Shown: positions 1 through 9,278, counted from the stretch's first letter. The stretch is 64,000 bases of DNA from a bacterium (GCA_965204535.1 CBDBEV010000001.1:1-64000), one strand, 5' to 3'. The notes: generated by a model from the sequence alone, not told the origin. A program made the numbers and translations.

Positions 1-2973
1 TCGCGAAAGAAGGCGTTCGCTCGGCAAATTGTTGTCCGAAGCCGGTCTACTCCCCACTTACGGATCCCCCGAATGGGACAAGGCAATGAAGTACGACCCC
101 TACGATCTCAGAAGGCGGGCTTTCGATGGCGCGCCTATCTCCCCGCATGAGTTCGGGAGGGCGATCTACCACCTTGCCCAGCGTCGTCACTTCAAGGGGC
201 GGGACGTCGACGAGATTTCCGATGATACCCAGACGGAGGATCGGAAAGAGGAAAAAGCGGACGCCGATGAAAAGAAAGCCAAGGGCAAGCGCGAATCAAC
301 CATAGCAATACTGAAAGACGAGAATAAGACGCTCGGCGCGTGGCTGGCGGAGCGCGGGCCGCATGAACGCAAGCGAGACGAGCATGCAACGCGAAAAATC
401 GTCGAGGATGAGTTCGAGAAAATTTGGGAAAAGCAGAAGAAGCATTTGTCTGTGCTTCAGGACGAGGAATTGAGGGACTCCATCCGCGAGGCGATTTTCG
501 CTCAACGCCCCGTGTTTTGGCGCAAAAATACGTTGGGGGAATGCCGTTTCGTCCCCGAAGCGCCCTTGTGTCCGAGGGGCGCATGGCTCTCTCAACAGAA
601 GCGGATGCTGGAGAAGGTCAACAACCTCTCGGTGGGCGGCAGCGCCCGCTGCCTCGACGCAGAAGAACGCCGGGCGATTCTCGACAAACTGCAAACGCAG
701 GCGTCCATGACCTGGAGCAGAGTTCGGGGCGCGCTCAAGCCGCTTTATGAACAGCGCGGTATGCCGGGCGAGGAGAAGCGCCTCAAGTTCAATTTGGAAG
801 ACAGTGAGAAAAAGCTCATTGGCAACCCGCTCGAAAAGAAACTCGCGGACATTTTCGGTAAAGATTGGCCAGCGCATTCGCGCAAGCAGGAAATCCGCGA
901 CGCCGTGCATGACAGACTTTGGCATGCGGATTACGGGGAAACCGGCTCACAGCGCGTAGTCATTCTCCCAGCGAAAGAACGCAAGAGGAGGCGCGCAAAG
1001 GCGGCGCATGGTTTTGTGGATGATTTCGGCGTCACCGAAGCTCAGGCCGAAAAGCTCAAAGACCTCAAGCTACCCACGGGATGGGAGCCTTATTCGGTCG
1101 CGGCGTTAAAAGCATTTTTGCCCCATCTCGAAGAGGGCGTGCGGTTCGGTACGCTGGTGAGCAGTCCTGAGCCCAAATGGGAAAATTGGCGAGAAAAAAC
1201 CTTTCCGCGAATGGAGCAGCCGACGGGCGAAATTCGGGATCGTTTGCCCAGTCCGGCGGATCCGGAGGAAAGGGCGCGCGTCGCTAAATTGCGCAATCCC
1301 ACGGTCGCGCGGGCGCGCAACGAATTGCGCAAGGTCGTCAACAACCTCATCGACAAGTTCGGAAAACCGGACCTGATCCGCGTGGAGTTGGCACGCGAGG
1401 TCGGCATGTCGAAGCGCCAACGCGAGGATATGTCGATCGGTATGAGGCGACAGGAAGGACGACGGAAAAAGGCGAAGGAAGCTCTCGAAGAAAGAGGGAT
1501 ACCCAACCCTTCGCGCGATGACGTCGAAAAATGGATGCTCTGGGAAGAGTGCGGGCATTTCTGTCCTTACACCGGAAAGGGTATCGGTTTCGAGGCCCTG
1601 TTTCACGAAAACGAATTTCAGGTCGAACACATCTGGCCGCGTTCCCGCTCTTTCGACAACAGTTTCAGAAACAAGACTCTGTGCCATAAGGACGAAATCT
1701 CAGGAAAGGCAATCACATTCCATTTGAATATCTGAGTAGCGATGAAGAGAGTTGGGATCGGTTGGTGAAGCGACTGGAAGGAATGAAGGCGACCAAGAGC
1801 GGGGTCGGCATGTCGCCGGGCAAGGTCAGACGATTTCTCGCGACTGAGATACCGGAGGACTTCGCCGCGCGCCAACTCAACGACACCGGATACGCCGCGC
1901 GCGAGGCCGTGTCTTTCCTCAGGCAATTGTGGCCGGACGCGGGACCTGAAGCACCCATGACGGTGCAGGCCGTATCCGGCCGCGTTACTGCGCAGCTTCG
2001 CTGGCTCTGGGGTTTGAACGACATTCTTGGCGAGAGCGGCAAGAAGACGCGATCCGATCATCGCCATCACGCGATTGACGCGCTGGCAGTCGCCTGTACG
2101 CATCTCGGCATGACGCAGAAGCTCTCTCGCTATTGGCAGGTCAGGGACTTACGGATCAAAGAAACCTCACACGCCCGAAAGCCGCGTCTGGAGCGGCCTT
2201 GGGAGACGATTCGCGCCGACGCGGAAAAGGCCGTCGCTGATATCGTCGTGTCGCATCGTGTTCGCAAGAAAATATCCGGGCCGCTGCATTTGGGGACAAT
2301 TTACGGCGATACCCGTAAAGACGCAGTTACCAAATCTGGAACCCACCGCTATTTCGTTACGCGCAAGAAGGTCGAAGAACTAAGCAAGAGTGATTTGGCG
2401 GATAAGAACGAAGACATGTGGCCGGATAAGAGAGTGCGTAAAATCGTCAAAGAGTGGGTGAACACTAATGGCGGAGACTCGAAAAAAGCATTTTCCTCCG
2501 GTTTTCCGCTATGCGGGCGGAACGGTCCTGAAATCCGCAAGGTGCGCTTACGAAAGAAACAGCAGTTGAAACTGATGGCGAAAGCCGGGACCGGCTACGC
2601 CGACCCAGGCGAGAATCACCACATGGCGATTTACCGCCTGCCCGACGGCGAGATCGATTTCGAGGTCGTTTCTTTGTTCGATGCGGCGCAGCGTCTGGCA
2701 AGACGCGAAGACATTGTGCGGCGCAAGCGCGAGGACGGTGCGTGCCTCATCATGTCGCTTTCAAAAGGCGACGCATTGCGGTTTCCTGACAACGACCAAG
2801 CCAAGGTGCGAATTGTCGAGAGCATTTGGGCGGCTGGCCCGGTAGTAATGGCTGACCACAACGACGCTACTGGAACGACTCGATTTCGACCTAGTCCCAA
2901 TCCTATTATAAACAGCGGCGCGAAAAAAATTTCTATCGATCCCATCGGTCGCATACGTCCAGCCAAAGATTGA
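1..2973 (+). CDS. cas9: Type II-C Cas9 (compact; 5' end outside window; split by a -1 frameshift at ~1695-1697 into ORFs 29-1735 and 1762-2973)
   Basis: HLAQRRHFK, IFAQRP, RNPTVARARNELRKVVNNLI, RuvC-II IRVELARE, HNH CPYTG..VEHIWPRSRSFDNSFRNKTLC, QLNDTGY, RuvC-III DHRHHAIDA, C-terminal IDPIGRI. Adding one A at 1695-1697 restores ENLRKGNHIPFEYL and joins the two ORFs. Confidence 0.97.
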
Positions 2974-3091
2974 ACCAGTTATAAGATATCCGCGAGATTG
3001 TAAGGAAATGGTTTCTTCCGCCCGATCGGCTGGATTTTTTTGTCGCCGATCAGGCGGAAATGGCCTTTTTTCAGTACCTTACGAAAAAGCG
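2974..3091. promoter_or_regulatory. Putative CRISPR leader / terminator hairpin between cas9 and the array
   Basis: Inverted repeat TTCCGCCCGATCGGC...GCCGATCAGGCGGAA (~3015-3059) followed by a T-run. It lies at the non-degenerate end of the array. Confidence 0.55.
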
Positions 3092-4574
3092 ATTGTAGCA
3101 AGTCGAGGGGTGGCCGCAAACCACAGTCTGCGAGCTTGCCGATTGATTCCGCGCATTATTGTAGCAAGTCGAGGGGTGGCCGCAAACCACAGTCTACCAT
3201 CACTCCGGGCTTTGCTACAAAAGATTGTAGCAAGTCGAGGGGTGGCCGCAAACCACAGTAAGATCGTGAAAAAGCATCGTGAAAACTCGATTGTAGCAAG
3301 TCGAGGGGTGGCCGCAAACCACAGTTTAGGACGGGAAGCGTAGACAACCCGATCCATTGTAGCAAGTCGAGGGGTGGCCGCAAACCACAGTGAATGAAGT
3401 TGCGCCTTCAAGCCGTCACCGATTGTAGCAAGTCGAGGGGTGGCCGCAAACCACAGTGCTCCTCGTCTTGTGGACCGCAAAGAGCCCATTGTAGCAAGTC
3501 GAGGGGTGGCCGCAAACCACAGTACGCGGCATCGAGGCTCACCTGCACCCGGTATTGTAGCAAGTCGAGGGGTGGCCGCAAACCACAGTCCAGCGTGGTG
3601 CTTCCTCATGCTCGCATCGATTGTAGCAAGTCGAGGGGTGGCCGCAAACCACAGTTGGTGCAGGTTCTTCACGCTCACGCGTCCGATTGTAGCAAGTCGA
3701 GGGGTGGCCGCAAACCACAGTTAGAATGCGTGCAGATCCACCTGCTTCTTGATTGTAGCAAGTCGAGGGGTGGCCGCAAACCACAGTGTGTCTCGAAGGA
3801 TGTGGACGACAGGAATATTGTAGCAAGTCGAGGGGTGGCCGCAAACCACAGTAAGAGTCAGGGGATTACGGAACTCAAGCAAATTGTAGCAAGTCGAGGG
3901 GTGGCCGCAAACCACAGTCATGGGCCTCTGTTGGTTATTCTTGGCCTGATTGTAGCAAGTCGAGGGGTGGCCGCAAACCACAGTCGTTTCTTCACCGAAT
4001 CACTGCCGAAAATATTGTAGCAAGTCGAGGGGTGGCCGCAAACCACAGTCCTGATCATCGAGGAGCGCTACGCCCACCGATTGTAGCAAGTCGAGGGGTG
4101 GCCGCAAACCACAGTGCTTCATTTACAGGAGCAACAACCGGATTTATTGTAGCAAGTCGAGGGGTGGCCACAAACCACAGTGAAGGAGGCGCGATGTCAT
4201 GGCCAGACGAAATTGTAGCAAGTCGAGGGGTGGCCGCAAACCACAGTATCTAAAGTATCGGCATCTACATCAAGATCATTGTAGCAAGTCGAGGGGTGGC
4301 CGCAAACCACAGTTACTAGGCGTTTTCGTATAGAATGCCTTTAATTGTAGCAAGTCGAGGGGTGGCCGCAAACCACAGTGAGCACCGCAGCGTAAGCCCG
4401 AGCTTCGCGATTGTAGCAAGTCGAGGGGTGGCCGCAAACCACAGTTCATAGGTGGATTCGCCTATAATGCCTCTAATTGTAGCAAGTCGAGGGGTGGCCG
4501 CAAACCACAGTAGCTAGACGTTTTCGCGTATGCTCTTCTCAATTGTAGCAATTCAAGGGGTGGCAGCAAACCAC
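3092..4574 (-). CRISPR. Type II-C CRISPR array: 23 repeats of 36 nt, 22 spacers (20 of 30 nt, 2 of 29 nt)
   Basis: Plus-strand repeat ATTGTAGCAAGTCGAGGGGTGGCCGCAAACCACAGT with a 66-nt period. Repeat 17 has one substitution and the last repeat (4542) is degenerate and truncated. On the minus strand the repeat ends TGCTACAAT as in Neisseria-type II-C repeats, so crRNA sense is inferred to be minus. Confidence 0.99.
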
Positions 4575-4733
4575 TCGTTGCGAAAGGCTGGATTCATAAA
4601 GGGAATCGTCATATCTTTGTGCATGGTGGCGCATCTCTTATTTACTGAATGATCGGGCTTCTGACAACCCTATTTCAGCAGGAATGCGCCGTCTTCTTCA
4701 ATTCAGCCCACACACAAGATCTGAGGGTAACTC
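4575..4733 (-). mobile_element. Left end of an IS256-like element (terminal IR plus the first ~17 codons of a putative transposase) fused to the last CRISPR repeat
   Basis: Minus strand begins GAGTTACCCTCAGATCTTGTGTGTGGGCTGAATTGAAGAAG, nearly identical to the IR at 8568. ATG at 4624 reads MHKDMTIPFMNPAFRNE and then runs into the repeat. Confidence 0.75.
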
Positions 4734-5141
4734 TGCATAAAGTTTATGCAGGACAATGACTTATTGCTCTCATAATCATTGTCAAGTGAAGTGGAACGTA
4801 GCCGGGGAATGGTCTGTATCTGTGGATAGTTCAAGTGTGTGCGATTCATCGGCAACTTTTTTCCGAGTCCTAAGTCAGGTTGCGATCGGGTGATGCTGGG
4901 CATGAATCTGTAAATTGAGCGGTGTGGTCAGTTCCCAGATGTGTCGGTACGGAAGCTGAAGGTGAATAAGTTGCTGGATCGGACTTGCGCCTAAGAGCAC
5001 CCAACGGTTTCCTCGTTGCGGGGTAGACTTGCTGGAAGCCACACAACCGAAGGCACCAGTAGTCGCAGGCGGCTCGGCGGTTCTTGTGCCAGGTCCGAAC
5101 TGGTCGGGGACACGAGCAAATCAATGCTTCTGATTTGGCAC

Positions 5142-5171
5142 TTGACACTGTAGTGTGAAGTGCACTACATT
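5142..5171 (+). promoter_or_regulatory. Sigma70-like promoter with overlapping palindromic operator for the TA operon
   Basis: TTGACA (5142-5147), 18 nt, TACATT (5166-5171). Inverted repeat TGTAGTG-N7-CACTACA (5149-5169) overlaps it. Confidence 0.7.
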
Positions 5172-5192
5172 AGCCTTGTGAAAGGGGCGGCC

Positions 5193-5501
5193 ATGTTAGA
5201 CTTTGACATATCATCAAGTTCTTCTACCAAACACACTAGAACCACGCAGGTGCGTCACGATGATCGACTAGCGACCCTGATTGAGCGTGCTGCACTGTCG
5301 CTAGCTGTGCATAAATCGGTCTTCCTGCGCGCAGTGATTGAGCGCGAGGCAATACATGTGCTTGAAGCGCAATCCCGACATGTTCTGACACCGGAGGACG
5401 CCGAGCAGTTCGCTGCGGCCCTTGATTCCCCCCCCGCTCTGACTCCACGCGCTCGGGAGGCGGCACGAAACTATCGCGCGCGCGTGGTTCATGCCGACTG
5501 A
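5193..5501 (+). CDS. DUF1778 family RHH antitoxin (TacA/AtaR-like)
   Basis: LIERAA..KSVFLR..LTPEDAEQFAAALDSPP pattern; overlaps the downstream GNAT gene. Start at ATG 5193 preferred over GTG 5160. Confidence 0.9.
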   Translation: MLDFDISSSSSTKHTRTTQVRHDDRLATLIERAALSLAVHKSVFLRAVIEREAIHVLEAQSRHVLTPEDAEQFAAALDSPPALTPRAREAARNYRARVVHAD

Positions 5502-6036
5502 AACACCTGCCCTTAGAATCGAATCTTTTGATCCAGCACGGCATGACCGCGTCGGTTTCGATTGCGGTGTTGATCGCCTGAACAACTACCTCAAGCTGAG
5601 CGCAAAGAAGCAACAGAAAGACGACATGACCCGCGTCTATGTTGTTGTCGAAGAGGGGAGCACGCGCATCCTCGGCTACCATGCGATCAACGTGGGCAAG
5701 ATGAACGTGGACGAGCTCGAGCATCGACCGCGCGGGACACCGAAGCATGGAGAGATCCCGGTGCTGTTCCTGGGACAGGTCGCAGTGGACAAGCCGTCGC
5801 AAGATACAGGTCTTGGCGGCATCCTCATGTACCATGTCTTCGAAAAAGCATGCAAGATTTCCGAAATGGCCGGTTGCCATGCAATCATCCTTGATGTCAT
5901 CTCGGATGGAGGGGAAGAAGCACTTGCGCGTCGTAGAGCGTGGTACGAAAACTTTGGTTTCACTTCCTTCTCCAGCAATCCTGCACGCATGTTCCTTGTG
6001 ATGAAACAGGTCCGCGCGGTGACTCGGGCAAAGTGA
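5491..6036 (+). CDS. GNAT family acetyltransferase toxin (TacT/AtaT-like)
   Basis: HDRVGFDCGVDRLNNYLK, ILGYH, IPVLFLGQVAVD..QDTGLG, WYENFGF. Confidence 0.92.
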   Translation: MPTETPALRIESFDPARHDRVGFDCGVDRLNNYLKLSAKKQQKDDMTRVYVVVEEGSTRILGYHAINVGKMNVDELEHRPRGTPKHGEIPVLFLGQVAVDKPSQDTGLGGILMYHVFEKACKISEMAGCHAIILDVISDGGEEALARRRAWYENFGFTSFSSNPARMFLVMKQVRAVTRAK

Positions 6037-6252
6037 CGAGAAGCGACCGCTTCGTCTTTCGTTGGTTCGGCTAGTCTGAATCGGGGACGTAAGTTGCCAA
6101 GGAGTTGAAACCCGAGAGAATCGGCATCAAGATGAGCAAAAGAAAGCTCAATAAAATCCTCATCCCCTTCAACTTCCATGGATTTCAGGACAATAGCCTT
6201 CGAAATCAATTCACGATGAGGAGGCAGGGCTTGGAGCGTTCCAAGACCGGCA

Positions 6253-7017
6253 ATGAGGAGCACGATGTTGACAGGGTTACTTGAACTTGATCGGCCCAAG
6301 GCATGGCCACCAGAATTGTGTGCATATCTTGGTGAGTATTACGATTTGTTCCTGGGGTGGGAGACCAAACAAGATAAGCCCTCCGCTTCCGCGTATGATT
6401 GTGCCCTGCAAGGATTGATGGGTATCTTACAGCCGTATGTGATCTTGGGTTGGCATTGCACGCGGATCACAGCTGCAGAAGCAGACGATATCCTACGTAG
6501 CGGCATACAAATGCCCGATGCCGCCATGCTGGAACGCCGCATCGATGCTCTTGTGGAATCCAATGAAATCGCCCCTGATCTCGCATGTCTACTCAAGAGT
6601 AAGAATCAATCGGATGAGAAGAACCGTGCTGGAAAGGTCTGGTTCTGCTTTTTTCCGCCGAGGAAGGCGGGAGAGGGGGGAATCGAACGGTTCTTCCGCC
6701 ACTGGGGAGGTGAGGCTCTTTACAATTCTCACGAGGATGATCCTGTTACGTCACCCGCTATCCGCGATGTAGGGACACCTTGCATCGTCGAGGTTGATGT
6801 GCCGGTTTCGTCACTTGCGAGACACGAACCTCTTGCTCTCAATATCGTCCGTCGATTCCTGGCCAGCCGAGACCACCGCATGACAGAGTCAACTGACTAC
6901 GAAGATCGAATAGTGCAACCGTTATCGGCTACGAATGTTCGTCGCGTAATTCGCTTTCCTGATCCGGATTTCTTTGCCCTCACGGGTTGTGCAGAATGGC
7001 GTAGGCCGATCGTATAA
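6253..7017 (+). CDS. Hypothetical protein, possible ADP-ribosyltransferase-like fold (likely start 6265)
   Basis: Clean 254-aa ORF with AGGAG before ATG 6265. GWHCTR..ILRSGI, VWFCF and late Glu residues recall the ART H-x-T strand pattern; the fold assignment is inference. Confidence 0.6.
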   Translation: MRSTMLTGLLELDRPKAWPPELCAYLGEYYDLFLGWETKQDKPSASAYDCALQGLMGILQPYVILGWHCTRITAAEADDILRSGIQMPDAAMLERRIDALVESNEIAPDLACLLKSKNQSDEKNRAGKVWFCFFPPRKAGEGGIERFFRHWGGEALYNSHEDDPVTSPAIRDVGTPCIVEVDVPVSSLARHEPLALNIVRRFLASRDHRMTESTDYEDRIVQPLSATNVRRVIRFPDPDFFALTGCAEWRRPIV

Positions 7018-7655
7018 GCCGAGGTACCTTCATGCTAGAAGGGTTTGCGTCCCGCATCGCCCTGTTTTGAATATGATTTTACTACAGGTCGACTACACTC
7101 AAGTCGCGCTCAGAAGTCGTCTTTAGGCGCGGATCGGAGCTTTTGGTATAAGTTGCGGTGTGCCGACGCATAACTCTGAACGAGCCATTGCAGGTTGAAC
7201 TATAGAGTACGACTGCTCAATAGTAGCGGTAGTGTCATGGAGTGATAATGCCGCAAGACTCAGAAGCAGTTATTAGTATGGCACTGCGTATCCGATTGGG
7301 TCGACGAATTTTTGATGCTCATAACCCTGCGACCGAACGGATACTTGATCGCTTACGACCGTAGCTCGCAGGGCTGCGCTGGAGTTATAATTCATCCGCT
7401 TTCGATTTGATTACAAGTTGCGGAAAGCAAGCCCCCAACAAAACTCGCAAAAAACAAATACCCACAACAGTTTCAACAAACTATATAGACCTCATAGCTA
7501 TTGGCTCAACCCTAACGTTTGAACCACGCGACACGGTGAATCTAGCTAGATGAAGTCAATATAAAAGATAGATCGGTGGCTCTTAGGCAAAATACAATAG
7601 GAGTCTGTCGACTGCTTTTCTGTTACAATTCGATACATTAAACAGGAGGATAGAC

Positions 7656-8501
7656 ATGGCACTTGGAGATGGAATACGAAGAAATATCGCTCATGTTTCA
7701 ACAGTAGAGCGAGTACGCTTCAGAGATGCGATTATTGAGCTCAACAGTAGATATTATCCTGACAATGTTTCGAAGTGGGTCAAGCAAGACCAAATCCATC
7801 AGGATACTTATGTTCACCACAAGCCGTCGTTCTTGCCTTGGCACCGAGAGCTCTGTAACCGTTTCGAACAGCTACTGCGAGAAGGCGATGAGGAGCTATC
7901 GCTACACTATTGGGACTGGACAGAAGATCCACGACGGGCGGGCGATGGAGCTGGTGGCACGATAGATCTGTTTACGGCGGAGTTCATGGGAGCGGCGTTC
8001 AGAAGCGTCGGGTCGCCTTTCACCGATTTTCCTGCATTTGCTCGAAAGGTGGCAGGGGGAAAAAACGCCCCTGCCCCGACTGGCACAGACACTGATTCGT
8101 CAATCATCAATTCGACGAACGGAGTTGCTCGAGGCGATCAGTGGAAGACATTCCGGCAAAAGATTGAAAGTCCTCCAAACCATGATTCGATTCACGCGTA
8201 CATAGGCGGCTCAATCGGCAATGAACACACGGCCTTCGAGGATCCGTTCGTCTTCCTGCTCCACTCCAACGTGGATCGTCTCTGGGCAATGTGGCAAACA
8301 GTGAGCGGAGAGGAATGGCGCCTCGATCCCCAAAAAATCTATGGGAACGAAGGCTCTGACTCTAACATCTTAGAGAACCTTGAACCTTGGGCAGGCGGAC
8401 GCGGTTTACGCCCTTGGGGACCGCCAGAAAATCAGCAGGTTGTCAAGAACTCCAAGCATACGACAATCGTGATACCGCCACGTTACGACACGTTGCCTTA
8501 G
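7656..8501 (+). CDS. Tyrosinase (type-3 copper) family protein
   Basis: CuA IHQ..VHH..FLPWHRE, YWDW, CuB HDSIH..GG..DPFVFLLHSNVDRLW. RBS CAGGAGG. Confidence 0.92.
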   Translation: MALGDGIRRNIAHVSTVERVRFRDAIIELNSRYYPDNVSKWVKQDQIHQDTYVHHKPSFLPWHRELCNRFEQLLREGDEELSLHYWDWTEDPRRAGDGAGGTIDLFTAEFMGAAFRSVGSPFTDFPAFARKVAGGKNAPAPTGTDTDSSIINSTNGVARGDQWKTFRQKIESPPNHDSIHAYIGGSIGNEHTAFEDPFVFLLHSNVDRLWAMWQTVSGEEWRLDPQKIYGNEGSDSNILENLEPWAGGRGLRPWGPPENQQVVKNSKHTTIVIPPRYDTLP

Positions 8502-8567
8502 CTGATCGCAACTGTATGACAGAATTGGATATTTTGCCGACCAATAAGGGGTCGCAAAGGCTGTCGG

Positions 8568-8793
8568 GAGTTACCCTCAGATCTTGTGTATGGGCGGAAT
8601 TGAAGAAGGCAGCGCTGAGCCTCGTGCATTACTCACCATGAGCGCCGAGAAGCGATGGCGCCGCCTACGAGGCTTCCGTCATCTGGCCGATGTGATCGCC
8701 GACGTGAGGTTCATCAATGGTGTGGGCGAAAAAGAAACGGGCAGGAGGGCCGCTGAATTCAGGACGGCCATACACAAGATTTGACAGTAACTC
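8568..8793 (+). mobile_element. Internally deleted IS256-family element (MITE-like, 226 bp)
   Basis: Terminal IRs GAGTTACCCTCAGATCTTGTGTATGG / CCATACACAAGATTTGACAGTAACTC. The interior encodes an IS256 transposase C-terminus (SAEKRWRRLRGFRHLADVIADVRFING). Confidence 0.85.
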
Positions 8794-8819
8794 AAAGATT
8801 CATTTTGACATAGAATAAT

Positions 8820-9278
8820 TTATTTGCTTCTCATCTTACCTGGAACTTCAATACAACCCGTTTTGTCTTGATCACAATTTGCTAAAGACAAATTTTCAAC
8901 CTTAAGACATCGACGAAGATCAGTTATAAAAAAATCCGAATAATGAGGTATTGTTCTATCTTGATTTCCCAATTCATAAAATCTAGTAGCTTCTAATACA
9001 CAACGATCAATGGCTTTTTGTTTGCTCTTAGAACAAGTCTCTTTTAAACATTCAGATACAATTACCCCTGGATGTACAGGTGCATATTTATATGAAAGAA
9101 AAATATGTAACTGCGAGTAAATTACCAGAGCACTTAAAAGTACACATATTATCCAAAACCATCTCCCCTCCTTGAAAATAAATTTGAATCCTGAAATTAT
9201 CTTATCTTTATAATTCCAAACTGTCATGACAATAAGACCTACAAAAATCCAATAAAGAAACTCAAGTATTGTTTTCAT
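8820..9278 (-). CDS. AT-rich hypothetical membrane protein
   Basis: 152 aa with two N-terminal hydrophobic segments and a Cys-rich C-terminal domain; markedly more AT-rich than its neighbours. Confidence 0.7.
   Translation of the reverse strand: MKTILEFLYWIFVGLIVMTVWNYKDKIISGFKFIFKEGRWFWIICVLLSALVIYSQLHIFLSYKYAPVHPGVIVSECLKETCSKSKQKAIDRCVLEATRFYELGNQDRTIPHYSDFFITDLRRCLKVENLSLANCDQDKTGCIEVPGKMRSK

Noticed and set aside
3008-4253. ORFs with repeated IVASRGVAANHS / LWFAATPRLAT peptides
   Set aside because: They are translations of the CRISPR repeats.
4542-4700. Degenerate last repeat plus downstream sequence as a tracrRNA
   Set aside because: It is in exact array register, and the downstream sequence is better explained as the IS256 left end. 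No nexus or terminator hairpins are evident.
4735-5140. Short minus-strand ORFs between the IS end and the TA promoter
   Set aside because: No recognisable motif or RBS; possibly a decayed gene, but this cannot be supported.
7018-7655. Possible integron attC sites or ncRNA in the long intergenic region
   Set aside because: No convincing RYYYAAC..GTTRRRY paired structure or repeated unit was found by eye.
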